The notes under the pieces: model-generated
Told to the model about the DNA's origin: nothing
What the model saw: the letters and a program-made list of their open reading frames with translations, nothing else
The model's database searches: none
Shown: piece by piece, positions 36,801 through 51,800 of the stretch
How the letters are laid out: each line of letters opens with the position of its first letter
Position numbering within the stretch: position 1 is the stretch's first letter
Translations under genes and position numbers: made by a program
Assembly (NCBI GenBank): GCA_040954595.2
Contig: CM082580.2
Span: forward strand, 858,783 to 922,782
Source of the DNA: Balanoglossus misakiensis
Taxonomy: Eukaryota > Animalia > Hemichordata
Reading direction: 5' to 3'
DNA: 64,000 nucleotides

Positions 36801-39800
36801 TCTAAAATTTCCATGGTTGCTTCCAAACAGCCTCGTTTATTTACCGAATTCTGTTGTGAGACGCAGAACACGTAATAGGCCTATGCGCATAAGAAAGTTT
36901 TCCACCAGACTCCGTAGATCGACGGATAGTTGTAAAATTTCCATGGTTGCTTCCAAACAGCCTCGTTTATTTACCGAATTCTGTTGTGAGGCGCAGAACA
37001 CATAGATAGGCATATGTGCATAAGAAAGTTTTCCACTATAGACTCTGTAGATCGAGAGATAGTTCTAAAATGTCCATTGCTGCTACCAAACACAGCCTCG
37101 TTTGTTTACAAAATTCTGTTGTGATGCGCAGAACACATATATAGGCCTATGCGCATATGAACGTTTTCCACTATACACTGTAGATCGAGAGATAGTTCTA
37201 AAACTTCCATGTTTGCTTCCAAACAGCCTCGTTTATTTGCGGAATTCTGTTTTGAGGCGCAGAACACATAGATAGGCATATGTGAATAAGAAAGTTTTCC
37301 ACTATAGACTCTGTAGATCGAGAGATAGTTGTAAAATTTCCATGGTTGCTTCCAAACAGCCTCGTTTATTTACCGATTTCTGTTGTGAGGCGCAGAACAC
37401 ATAGATAGGCCTATGCGCATAAAAAACTTTTCAACTTTAGATCAACGGATAGTTCTAAAATTTCCATGGTTGTTTCCAAACAGCCTCGTTTATTTACCGA
37501 ATTCTGTTGTGATGCGTAGAACACATACATATGCCTATGCGCATAAGAAAGTTTTCCACTAGACTCCGTAGATCGACGAATAGTTCTAAAATGTCCATGG
37601 TTGCTTCCAAACAAAGCCTGGTTTGTTTACAAAATTCTGTTGTGATGCGCAGAACACATAGATAGGCCTATGCGCATATGAACGTTTTCCACTATACTCT
37701 GTAGATCGAGAGATAGTTCTAAAATTGCCATGTTTGCTTCCAAACAGCCTCGTTTATTTACGGAATTCTGTTTTGAGGCGCAGAACACATAGATAGGCAT
37801 ATGTGCATAAGAAAGTTTTCCACTATAGACTCTGTAGATCGAGAGATAGTTCTAAAATGTCCATGGTTGCTTCCAAACACAGCCTCGTTTGTTTACAAAA
37901 TTCTTTTGTGATGCGCAGAACACATATATAGGCCTATGCGCATAAGAACGTTTTCCACTAGACTCTGTAGATCGACGGATAGTTGTAAAATTTCCATGGT
38001 TGCTTCCAAACAGCCTCGTTTATTTACCGAATTCTGTTGTGAGGCACAGAACACATAGATAGGCCTATGTGCATAAGAAAGTTTTCCACTATAGACTCTG
38101 TAGATCGAGAGATAGTTCTAAAATTTCCATGGTTGCTTCCAAACAGCCTCGTTTATTTACCGAATTCTGTTGTGAGGCGCAGAGCACGTAATAGGCCTAT
38201 GCGCATAAGAAAGTTTTCCACCAGACTCCGTAGATCGACGGATAGTTGTAAAATTTCCATGGTTGTTTCCAAACACAGCCTCGTTCATTTACAAAATTCT
38301 GTTGTGATGCGCTGAACACATACATATGCCTATGCGCATAAGAAAGTTTCCACTAGACTCTGTAGATCGACGGATAGTTCTAAAATTTCCATGATTGCTT
38401 CCAAACACATCCTCGATTGTTTACAAAATTCTGTTGTGATGCGCAGAACACATAGATAGGCCTATGCGCATATGAACGTTTTCCACTATACACTGTAGAT
38501 CGAGAGATAGTTCTAAAACTTCCATGTTTGCTTCCAAACAGCCTCGTTTATTTGCGGAATTCTGTTTTGAGGCGCAGAACACATAGATAGGCATATGTGA
38601 ATAAGAAAGTTTTCCACTATAGACTCTGTAGATCGAGAGATAGTTGTAAAATTTCCATGGTTGCTTCCAAACAGCCTCGTTTATTTACCGATTTCTGTTG
38701 TGAGGCGCAGAACACATAGATAGGCCTATGCGCATAAAAAACTTTTCAACTTTAGATCAACGGATAGTTCAAAAATTTCCATGGTTGTTTCCAAACAGCC
38801 TCGTTTATTTACCGAATTCTGTTGTGATGCGTAGAACACATACATATGCCTATGCGCATAAGAAAGTTTTCCACCAGACTCTGTAGATCGACGGATAGTT
38901 GTAAAATTTCCATGGTTGCTTCCAAACAGCCTCGTTTATTTACCGAATTCTGTTGTTAGGCGCAGAACACGTTATAGGCCTATGCGCATAAGAAAGTTTT
39001 CCACCAGACTCTGTAGATGGACTGATAGTTGTAAAATTTCCATGGTTGCTTCCAAACAGCCTCGTTTATTTACTGATTTCTGTTGTGAGGCGCAGAACAC
39101 ATGATAGGCCAATGCGCATAAGACATTTTTCCACTAGACTCTGTAGATCGACGGATAGTTGTAAAATTTCCATGGTTGCTTCCAAACAACCTCGTTTGTT
39201 TACGAATTCTGTTGTGATGCGCAGAACACATATATAGGGCTATGCGCATAAGAAAGTTTTCCACCAGACTCCGTAGATCGACGGATAGTTGTAAAATTTC
39301 CATGGTTGCTTCCAAACAGCCTCGTTTATTTACCGAATTCTGTTGTGAGGCGCAGAACACATAGATAGGCATATGTGCATAAGAAAGTTTTCCACTATAG
39401 ACTCTGTAGATCGAGAGATAGTTCTAAAATGTCCATGGTTGCTACCAAACACAGCCTCGTTTGTTTACAAAATTCTGTTGTGATGCGCAGAACACATAGA
39501 TAGGCCTATGCGCATATGAACGTTTTCCACCATACACTGTAGATCGAGAGATAGTTCTAAAACTTCCATGTTTGCTTCCAAACAGCCTCGTTTATTTGCG
39601 GAATTCTGTTTTGAGGCGCAGAACACATAGATAGGCATATGTGAATAAGAAAGTTTTCCACTATAGACTCTGTAGATCGAGAGATAGTTGTAAAATTTCC
39701 ATGGTTGCTTCCAAACAGCCTCGTTTATTTACCGATTTCTGTTGTGAGGCGCAGAACACATAGATAGGCCTATGCGCATAAAAAACTTTTCAACTTTAGA

Positions 39801-42800
39801 TCAACGGATAGTTCTAAAATTTCCATCGTTGTTTCCAAACAGCCTCGTTTATTTACTGATTTCTGTTGTGAGGCGCAGAACACATGATAGGCCAATGCGC
39901 ATAAGACATTTTTCCACTAGACTCTGTAGATCGACGGATAGTTGTAAAATTTCCATGGTTGCTTCCAAACAACCTCGTTTGTTTACGAATTCTGTTGTGA
40001 TGCGCAGAACACATATATAGGCCTATGCGCATAAGAACGTTTTCCACTAGACTCTGTAGATCGAGAGATAGTTCTAAAATTTCCATGGTTGCTTCCAAAC
40101 AGCCTCGTTTATTTACCGAATTCTGTTGTGAGACGCAGAACACGTAATAGGCCTATGCGCATAAGAAAGTTTTCCACCAGACTCCGTAGATCGACGGATA
40201 GTTGTAAAATTTCCATGGTTGCTTCCAAACAGCCTCGTTTATTTACGGAATTCTGTTGTGAGGCGCAGAACACGTAATAGGCCTATGCGCATTAGAAAGT
40301 TTTCCACAGGACTCTGTAGATCGACGGATAGTTGTAAAATGTCCATGGTTACTTCCAAATACAGCCTCGTTTATTTACCGATTTCTGTTGTGATGCGCAT
40401 AACATATATATAGGCCTATGCGCAAAAGAACGTTTTCCACTAGACTCTGTAGATCGACGGATAGCTGTAAAATTTCCATGTTTGCTTGCAAACAGCCTTG
40501 TTTATTTACGGAATTCTGTTTTGAGGCGCAGAACACATGATAGGCCTATGCGCATACGACATTTTTCCACTAGACTCTGTAGATCGACGGATAGTTGTAA
40601 AATTTCCATGGTTGCTTCCAAACAACCTCGTTTGTTTACCGAATTCTGTTGTGATGCGCAGAACACATATATAGGCCTATGCGCATAAGAACGTTTTCCA
40701 CTAGACTCTGTAGATCGACGGATAGTTGTAAAATGTTCATGGTTGCTTCCAAATACAGCCTCGTTTATTTACCGATTTCTGTTGTGATGCGCATAACACA
40801 TAGATAGGCCTATGCGCATTATAACGTTTTCCACTAGACTCTGTAGATCGACGGATAGTTGTAAAATTTCCATGGTTGCTTCCAAACAGCCTCGTTTATT
40901 TACCGAATTCTGTTGTTAGGCGCAGAACACGTTATAGGCCTATGCGCATAAGAAAGTTTTCCACCAGACTCTGTAGATCGACGGATTTTTGTAAAATTTC
41001 CATGGTTGCTTCCAAACAGCCTCGTTTATTTACCGAATTCTGTTGTTAGGCGCAGAACACGTTATAGGCCTATGCGCATAAGAAAGTTTTCCACCAGACT
41101 CTGTAGATCGACGGATTTTTGTAAAATTTCCATGGTTGCTTCCAAACAGCCTCGTTTATTTACCGAATTCTGTTGTGAGGCGCAGAACACATAGATAGGC
41201 ATATGTGCATAAGAAAGTTTTCCACTATAGACTCTGTAGATCGAGAGATAGTTCTAAAATGTCCATGGTTGCTACCAAACACAGCCTCGTTTGTTTACAA
41301 AATTCTGTTGTGATGCGCAGAACACATAGATAGGCCTATGCGCATATGAACGTTTTCCACCATACACTGTAGATCGAGAGATAGTTCTAAAACTTCCATG
41401 TTTGCTTCCAAACAGCCTCGTTTATTTGCGGAATTCTGTTTTGAGGCGCAGAACACATAGATAGGCATATGTGAATAAGAAAGTTTTCCACTATAGACTC
41501 TGTAGATCGAGAGATAGTTGTAAAATTTCCATGGTTGCTTCCAAACAGCCTCGTTTATTTACCGATTTCTGTTGTGAGGCGCAGAACACATAGGTAGGCC
41601 TATGCGCATAAAAAACTTTTCAACTTTAGATCAACGGATAGTTCTAAAATTTCCATGGTTGTTTCCAAACAGCCTCGTTTATTTACCGAATTCTGTTGTG
41701 ATGCGTAGAACACATACATATGCCTATGCGCATAAGAAAGTTTTCCACTAGACTCCGTAGATCGACGAATAGTTCTAAAATGTCCATGGTTGCTTCCAAA
41801 CAAAGCCTGGTTTGTTTACAAAATTCTGTTGTGATGCGCAGAACACATAGATAGGCCTATGCGCATATGAACGTTTTCCACTATACTCTGTAGATCGAGA
41901 GATAGTTCTAAAATTTCCATGTTTGCTTCCAAACAGCCTCGTTTATTTACGGAATTCTGTTTTGAGGCGCAGAACACATAGATAGGCATATGTGCATAAG
42001 AAAGTTTTCCACTATAGACTCTGTAGATCGAGAGATAGTTCTAAAATGTCCATGGTTGCTTCCAAACACAGCCTCGTTTGTTTACAAAATTCTGTTGTGA
42101 TGCGCAGAACACATATATAGGCCTATGCGCATAATAACGTTTTCCACTAGACTCTGTAGATCGACGGATAGTTGTAAAATTTCCATGGTTGCTTCCAAAC
42201 AGCCTCGTTTATTTACCGAATTCTGTTGTAAGGCACAGAACACATAGATAGGCCTATGTGCATAAGAAAGTTTTCCACTATAGACTCTGTAGATCGAGAG
42301 ATAGTTCTAAAATGTCCATGGTTGCTTCCAAACACAGCCTCGTTTGTTTACAAAATTCTGTTGTGATGCGCAGAACACATATATAGGCCTATGCGCATAA
42401 TAACGTTTTCCACTAGACTCTGTAGATCGACGGATAGTTGTAAAATTTCCATGGTTGCTTCCAAACAGCCTCGTTTATTTACCGAATTCTGTTGTGAGGC
42501 GCAGAACACATAGATAGGCATATGTGCATAAGAAAGTTTTCCACTATAGACTCTGTAGATCGAGAGATAGTTCTAAAATGTCCATGGTTGCTACCAAACA
42601 CAGCCTCGTTTGTTTACAAAATTCTGTTGTGATGCGCAGAACACATATATAGGCCTATGCGCATAAGAACGTTTCCACTAGACTCTGTAGATCGACGGAT
42701 AGTTGTAAAATTTCCATGGTTGCTTCCAAACAGCCTCGTTTATTTACTGATTTCTGTTGTGAGGCGCAGAACACATGATAGGCCAATGCGCATAAGACAT

Positions 42801-45800
42801 TTTTCCACTAGACTCTGTAGATCGACGGATAGTTGTAAAATTTCCATGGTTGCTTCCAAACAACCTCGTTTGTTTACGAATTCTGTTGTGATGCGCAGAA
42901 CACATATATAGGCCTATGCGCATAAGAACGTTTTCCACTAGACTCTGTAGATCGAGAGATAGTTCTAAAATTTCCATGGTTGCTTCCAAACAGCCTCGTT
43001 TATTTACCGAATTCTGTTGTGAGACGCAGAACACGTAATAGGCCTATGCGCATAAGAAAGTTTTCCACCAGACTCCGTAGATCGACGGATAGTTGTAAAA
43101 TTTCCATGGTTGCTTCCAAACAGCCTCGTTTATTTACCGAATTCTGTTGTGAGGCGCAGAACACATAGATAGGCCTATGTGCATAAGAAAGTTTTCCACT
43201 ATAGACTCTGTAGATCGAGAGATAGTTCTAAAATGTCCATGGTTGCTACCAAACACAGCCTCGTTTGTTTACAAAATTCTGTTGTGATGCGCAGAACACA
43301 TAGATAGGCCTATGCGCATATGAACGTTTTCCACTATACACTGTAGATCGAGAGATAGTTCTAAAACTTCCATGTTTGCTTCCAAACAGCCTCGTTTATT
43401 TGCGGAATTCTGTTTTGAGGCGCAGAACACATAGATAGGCATATGTGAATAAGAAAGTTTTCCACTATAGACTCTGTAGATCGAGAGATAGTTGTAAAAT
43501 TTCCATGGTTGCTTCCAAACAGCCTCGTTTATTTACCGATTTCTGTTGTGAGGCGCAGAACACATAGATAGGCCTATGCGCATAAAAAACTTTTCAACTT
43601 TAGATCAACGGATAGTTCTAAAATTTCCATGGTTGCTTCCAAACACAGCCTCGTTTGATTACAAAATTCTGTTGTGATGCGCAGAACACATATATAGGCC
43701 TATGCGCATAAGAACGTTTTCCACTAGACTCTGTATATCCACGGATAGCTGTAAAATTGCCATGTTTGCTTCCAAACAGCCTCGTTTATTTACGGAATTC
43801 TGTTTTTAGGCGCAGAACACATAGATAGGCATATGTGCATAAGAAAGTTTTCCACTATAGACTCTGTAGATCGAGAGATAGTTCTAAAATGTCCATGGTT
43901 GCTTCCAAACACAGCCTCGTTTGTTTACAAAATTCTGTTGTGATGCGCAGAACACATATATAGGCCTATGCGCAAAAGAACGTTTTCCACTAGACTCTGT
44001 AGATCGACGGATAGCTGTAAAATTTCCATGGTTGCTTCCAAACTGCCTCGTTTATTTACCGATTTCTGTTGTGAGGCGCAGAACACATGATAGGCCTATG
44101 CGCATAAGACATTTTTCCACTAGACTCTGTAGATCGACGGATAGTTCTAAAATTTCCATGGTTGCTTCCAAACAGCCTCGTTTATTTACGGAATTCTGTT
44201 GTGAGGCGCAGAACACGTAATAGGCCTATGCGCATTAGAAAGTTTTCCACAAGACTCTGTAGATCGACGGATAGTTGTAAAATGTCCATGGTTGCTTCCA
44301 AATACAGCCTCGTTTATTTACCGATTTCTGTTGTGATGCGCATAACACATATATAGGCCTATGCGCAAAAGAACGTTTTCCACTAGACTCTGTAGATCGA
44401 CGGATAGCTGTAAAATTTCCATGTTTGCTTGCAAACAGCCTCGTTTATTTACGGAATTCTGTTTTGAGGCGCAGAACACATGATAGGCCTATGCGCATAC
44501 GACATTTTTCCACTAGACTCTGTAGATCGACGGATAGTTGTAAAATTTCCATGGTTGCTTCCAAACAGCCTCGTTTATTTACCGAATTCTGTTGTAAGGC
44601 ACAGAACACATAGATAGGCCTATGTGCATAAGAAAGTTTTCCACTATAGACTCTGTAGATCGAGAGATAGTTCTAAAATGTCCATGGTTGCTTCCAAACA
44701 CAGCCTCGTTTGTTTACAAAATTCTGTTGTGATGCGCAGAACACATATATAGGCCTATGCGCATAATAACGTTTTCCACTAGACTCTGTAGATCGACGGA
44801 TAGTTGTAAAATTTCCATGGTTGCTTCCAAACAGCCTCGTTTATTTACCGAATTCTGTTGTGAGGCGCAGAACACATAGATAGGCATATGTGCATAAGAA
44901 AGTTTTCCACTATAGACTCTGTAGATCGAGAGATAGTTCTAAAATGTCCATGGTTGCTACCAAACACAGCCTCGTTTGTTTACAAAATTCTGTTGTGATG
45001 CGCAGAACACATATATAGGCCTATGCGCATAAGAACGTTTCCACTAGACTCTGTAGATCGACGGATAGTTGTAAAATTTCCATGGTTGCTTCCAAACAGC
45101 CTCGTTTATTTACTGATTTCTGTTGTGAGGCGCAGAACACATGATAGGCCAATGCGCATAAGACATTTTTCCACTAGACTCTGTAGATCGACGGATAGTT
45201 GTAAAATTTCCATGGTTGCTTCCAAACAACCTCGTTTGTTTACGAATTCTGTTGTGATGCGCAGAACACATATATAGGCCTATGCGCATAAGAACGTTTT
45301 CCACTAGACTCTGTAGATCGAGAGATAGTTCTAAAATTTCCATGGTTGCTTCCAAACAGCCTCGTTTATTTACCGAATTCTGTTGTGAGACGCAGAACAC
45401 GTAATAGGCCTATGCGCATAAGAAAGTTTTCCACCAGACTCCGTAGATCGACGGATAGTTGTAAAATTTCCATGGTTGCTTCCAAACAGCCTCGTTTATT
45501 TACCGAATTCTGTTGTGAGGCGCAGAACACATAGATAGGCCTATGTGCATAAGAAAGTTTTCCACTATAGACTCTGTAGATCGAGAGATAGTTCTAAAAT
45601 GTCCATGGTTGCTACCAAACACAGCCTCGTTTGTTTACAAAATTCTGTTGTGATGCGCAGAACACATAGATAGGCCTATGCGCATATGAACGTTTTCCAC
45701 TATACACTGTAGATCGAGAGATAGTTCTAAAACTTCCATGTTTGCTTCCAAACAGCCTCGTTTATTTGCGGAATTCTGTTTTGAGGCGCAGAACACATAG

Positions 45801-48800
45801 ATAGGCATATGTGAATAAGAAAGTTTTCCACTATAGACTCTGTAGATCGAGAGATAGTTGTAAAATTTCCATGGTTGCTTCCAAACAGCCTCGTTTATTT
45901 ACCGATTTCTGTTGTGAGGCGCAGAACACATAGATAGGCCTATGCGCATAAAAAACTTTTCAACTTTAGATCAACGGATAGTTCTAAAATTTCCATGGTT
46001 GCTTCCAAACACAGCCTCGTTTGTTTACAAAATTCTGTTGTGATGCGCAGAACACATATATAGGCCTATGCGCATAAGAACGTTTTCCACTAGACTCTGT
46101 ATATCCACGGATAGCTGTAAAATTGCCATGTTTGCTTCCAAACAGCCTCGTTTATTTACGGAATTCTGTTTTTAGGCGCAGAACACATAGATAGGCATAT
46201 GTGCATAAGAAAGTTTTCCACTATAGACTCTGTAGATCGAGAGATAGTTCTAAAATGTCCATGGTTGCTTCCAAACACAGCCTCGTTTGTTTACAAAATT
46301 CTGTTGTGATGCGCAGAACACATATATAGGCCTATGCGCAAAAGAACGTTTTCCACTAGACTCTGTAGATCGACGGATAGCTGTAAAATTTCCATGGTTG
46401 CTTCCAAACTGCCTCGTTTATTTACCGATTTCTGTTGTGAGGCGCAGAACACATGATAGGCCTATGCGCATAAGACATTTTTCCACTAGACTCTGTAGAT
46501 CGACGGATAGTTCTAAAATTTCCATGGTTGCTTCCAAACAGCCTCGTTTATTTACGGAATTCTGTTGTGAGGCGCAGAACACGTAATAGGCCTATGCGCA
46601 TTAGAAAGTTTTCCACAAGACTCTGTAGATCGACGGATAGTTGTAAAATGTCCATGGTTGCTTCCAAATAAAGCCTCGTTTATTTACCGATTTCTGTTGT
46701 GATGCGCATAACACATATATAGGCCTATGCGCAAAAGAACGTTTTCCACTAGACTCTGTAGATCGACGGATAGCTGTAAAATTTCCATGTTTGCTTGCAA
46801 ACAGCCTCGTTTATTTACGGAATTCTGTTTTGAGGCGCAGAACACATGATAGGCCTATGCGCATACGACATTTTTCCACTAGACTCTGTAGATCGACGGA
46901 TAGTTGTAAAATGTCCATGGTTGCTTCCAAACAACCTCGTTTGTTTACCGAATTCTGTTGTGATGCGCAGAACACATATATAGGCCTATGCGCATAAGAA
47001 CGTTTTCCACTAGACTCTGTAGATCGACGGATAGTTGTAAAATGTTCATGGTTGCTTCCAAATACAGCCTCGTTTATTTACCGATTTCTGTTGTGATGCG
47101 CATAACACATAGATAGGCCTATGCGCATTATAACGTTTTCCACTAGACTCTGTAGATCGACGGATAGTTGTAAAATTTCCATGGTTGCTTCCAAACAGCC
47201 TCGTTTATTTACCGAATTCTGTTGTTTGGCGCAGAACACGTTATAGGCCTATGCGCATAAGAAAGTTTTCCACCAGACTCTGTAGATCGACGGATAGTTG
47301 TAAAATTTCCATGGTTGCTTCCAAACAGCCTCGTTTATTTACCGAATTCTGTTGTTAGGCGCAGAACACGTTATAGGCCTATGCGCATAAGAAAGTTTTC
47401 CACCAGACTCTGTAGATGGACTGATAGTTGTAAAATTTCCATGGTTGCTTCCAAACAGCCTCGTTTATTTACTGATTTCTGTTGTGAGGCGCAGAACACA
47501 TGATAGGCCAATGCGCATAAGACATTTTTCCACTAGACTCTGTAGATCGACGGATAGTTGTAAAATTTCCATGGTTGCTTCCAAACAACCTCGTTTGTTT
47601 ACGAATTCTGTTGTGATGCGCAGAACACATATATAGGGCTATGCGCATAAGAAAGTTTTCCACCAGACTCCGTAGATCGACGGATAGTTGTAAAATTTCC
47701 ATGGTTGCTTCCAAACAGCCTCGTTTATTTACCGAATTCTGTTGTGAGGCGCAGAACACATAGATAGGCATATGTGCATAAGAAAGTTTTCCACTATAGA
47801 CTCTGTAGATCGAGAGATAGTTCTAAAATGTCCATGGTTGCTACCAAACACAGCCTCGTTTGTTTACAAAATTCTGTTGTGATGCGCAGAACACATAGAT
47901 AGGCCTATGCGCATATGAACGTTTTCCACCATACACTGTAGATCGAGAGATAGTTCTAAAACTTCCATGTTTGCTTCCAACAACCTCGTTTATTTGCGGA
48001 ATTCTGTTGTGATGCGCAGAACACATATATAGGCCTATGCGCATAATAACGTTTTCCACTAGACTCTGTACATCGACGGATAGTTGTAAAATTTCCATGG
48101 TTGCTTCCAAACAGCCTCGTTTATTTACCGAATTCTGTTGTAAGGCACAGAACACATAGATAGGCCTATGTGCATAAGAAAGTTTTCCACTATAGACTCT
48201 GTAGATCGAGAGATAGTTCTAAAATGTCGATGGTTGCTTCCAAACACAGCCTCGTTTGTTTACAAAATTCTGTTGTGATGCGCAGAACACATATATAGGC
48301 CTATGCGCATAATAACGTTTTCCACTAGACTCTGTAGATCGACGGATAGTTGTAAAATTTCCATGGTTGCTTCCAAACAGCCTCGTTTATTTACCGAATT
48401 CTGTTGTGAGGCGCAGAACACATAGATAGGCATATGTGCATAAGAAAGTTTTCCACTATAGACTCTGTAGATCGAGAGATAGTTCTAAAATGTCCATGGT
48501 TGCTACCAAACACAGCCTCGTTTGTTTACAAAATTCTGTTGTGATGCGCAGAACACATATATAGGCCTATGCGCATAAGAACGTTTCCACTAGACTCTGT
48601 AGATCGACGGATAGTTGTAAAATTTCCATGGTTGCTTCCAAACAGCCTCGTTTATTTACCGAATTCTGTTGTTAGGCGCAGAACACGTTATAGGCCTATG
48701 CGCATAAGAAAGTTTTCCACCAGACTCTGTAGATGGACTGATAGTTGTAAAATTTCCATGGTTGCTTCCAAACAGCCTCGTTTATTTACTGATTTCTGTT

Positions 48801-51800
48801 GTGAGGCGCAGAACACATGATAGGCCAATGCGCATAAGACATTTTTCCACTAGACTCTGTAGATCGACGGATAGTTGTAAAATTTCCATGGTTGCTTCCA
48901 AACAACCTCGTTTGTTTACGAATTCTGTTGTGATGCGCAGAACACATATATAGGCCTATGCGCATAAGAACGTTTTCCACTAGACTCTGTAGATCGAGAG
49001 ATAGTTCTAAAATTTCCATGGTTGCTTCCAAACAGCCTCGTTTATTTACCGAATTCTGTTGTGAGACGCAGAACACGTAATAGGCCTATGCGCATAAGAA
49101 AGTTTTCCACCAGACTCCGTAGATCGACGGATAGTTGTAAAATTTCCATGGTTGCTTCCAAACAGCCTCGTTTATTTACCGAATTCTGTTGTGAGGCGCA
49201 GAACACATAGATAGGCATATGTGCATAAGAAAGTTTTCCACTATAGACTCTGTAGATCGAGAGATAGTTCTAAAATGTCCATTGCTGCTACCAAACACAG
49301 CCTCGTTTGTTTACAAAATTCTGTTGTGATGCGCAGAACACATATATAGGCCTATGCGCATATGAACGTTTTCCACTATACACTGTAGATCGAGAGATAG
49401 TTCTAAAACTTCCATGTTTGCTTCCAAACAGCCTCGTTTATTTGCGGAATTCTGTTTTGAGGCGCAGAACACATAGATAGGCATATGTGAATAAGAAAGT
49501 TTTCCACTATAGACTCTGTAGATCGAGAGATAGTTGTAAAATTTCCATGGTTGCTTCCAAACAGCCTCGTTTATTTACCGATTTCTGTTGTGAGGCGCAG
49601 AACACATAGATAGGCCTATGCGCATAAAAAACTTTTCAACTTTAGATCAACGGATAGTTCTAAAATTTCCATGGTTGTTTCCAAACAGCCTCGTTTATTT
49701 ACCGAATTCTGTTGTGATGCGTAGAACACATACATATGCCTATGCGCATAAGAAAGTTTTCCACTAGACTCCGTAGATCGACGAATAGTTCTAAAATGTC
49801 CATGGTTGCTTCCAAACAAAGCCTGGTTTGTTTACAAAATTCTGTTGTGATGCGCAGAACACATAGATAGGCCTATGCGCATATGAACGTTTTCCACTAT
49901 ACTCTGTAGATCGAGAGATAGTTCTAAAATTGCCATGTTTGCTTCCAAACAGCCTCGTTTTTTTACGGAATTCTGTTTTGAGGCGCAGAACACATAGATA
50001 GGCATATGTGCATAAGAAAGTTTTCCACTATAGACTCTGTAGATCGAGAGATAGTTCTAAAATGTCCATGGTTGCTTCCAAACACAGCCTCGTTTGTTTA
50101 CAAAATTCTTTTGTGATGCGCAGAACACATATATAGGCCTATGCGCATAAGAACGTTTTCCACTAGACTCTGTAGATCGACGGATAGTTGTAAAATTTCC
50201 ATGGTTGCTTCCAAACAGCCTCGTTTATTTACCGAATTCTGTTGTGAGGCACAGAACACATAGATAGGCCTATGTGCATAAGAAAGTTTTCCACTATAGA
50301 CTCTGTAGATCGAGAGATAGTTCTAAAATGTCCATGGTTGCTTCCAAACACAGCCTCGTTTGTTTACAAAATTCTGTTGTGATGCGCAGAACACATATAT
50401 AGGCCTATGCGCATAATAACGTTTTCCACTAGACTCTGTAGATCGACGGATAGTTGTAAAATTTCCATGGTTGCTTCCAAACAGCCTCGTTTATTTACCG
50501 AATTCTGTTGTGAGGCGCAGAACACATAGATAGGCATATGTGCATAAGAAAGTTTTCCACTATAGACTCTGTAGATCGAGAGATAGTTCTAAAATGTCCA
50601 TGGTTGCTACCAAACACAGCCTCGTTTGTTTACAAAATTCTGTTGTGATGCGCAGAACACATATATAGGCCTATGCGCATAAGAACGTTTCCACTAGACT
50701 CTGTAGATCGACGGATAGCTGTAAAATTTCCATGGTTGCTTCCAAACAGCCTCGTTTATTTACCGATTTCTGTTGTGAGGCGCAGAACACATGATAGGCC
50801 TATGCGCATGAGACATTTTTCCACTAGACTCTGTAGATCGACGGATAGTTGTAAAATTTCATGGTTGCTTCCAAATACAGCCTCGTTTATTTACCGATTT
50901 CTGTTGTGAGGCGCAGAACACATAGATAGGCCTATGTGCATAAGAAAGTTTTCCACTATAGACTCTGTAGATCGAGAGATAGTTCTAAAATGTCCATGGT
51001 TGCTTCCAAACACAGCCTCGTTTGTTTACAAAATTCTGTTGTGATGCGCAGAACACATATATAGGCCTATGCGCATAATAACGTTTTCCACTAGACTCTG
51101 TAGATCGACGGATAGTTGTAAAATTTCCATGGTTGCTTCCAAACAGCCTCGTTTATTTACCGATTTCTGTTGTGAGGCGCAGAACACATGATAGGCCTAT
51201 GCGCATGAGACATTTTTCCACTAGACTCTGTAGATCGACGGATAGTTGTAAAATTTCATGGTTGCTTCCAAATACAGCCTCGTTTATTTACCGATTTCTG
51301 TTGTGAGGCGCAGAACACATAGATAGGCCTATGTGCATAAGAAAGTTTTCCACTATAGACTCTGTAGATCGAGAGATAGTTCTAAAATGTCCATGGTTGC
51401 TTCCAAACACAGCCTCGTTTGTTTACAAAATTCTGTTGTGATGCGCAGAACACATATATAGGCCTATGCGCATAAGAACGTTTCCACTAGACTCTGTAGA
51501 TCGACGGATAGCTGTAAAATTTCCATGGTTGCTTCCAAACAGCCTCGTTTATTTACCGATTTCTGTTGTGAGGCGCAGAACACATGATAGGCCTATGCGC
51601 ATGAGACATTTTTCCACTAGACTCTGTAGATCGACGGATAGTTGTAAAATTTCATGGTTGCTTCCAAATACAGCCTCGTTTATTTACCGATTTCTGTTGT
51701 GAGGCGCAGAACACATAGATAGGCCTATGTGCATAAGAAAGTTTTCCACTATAGACTCTGTAGATCGAGAGATAGTTCTAAAATGTCCATGGTTGCTTCC

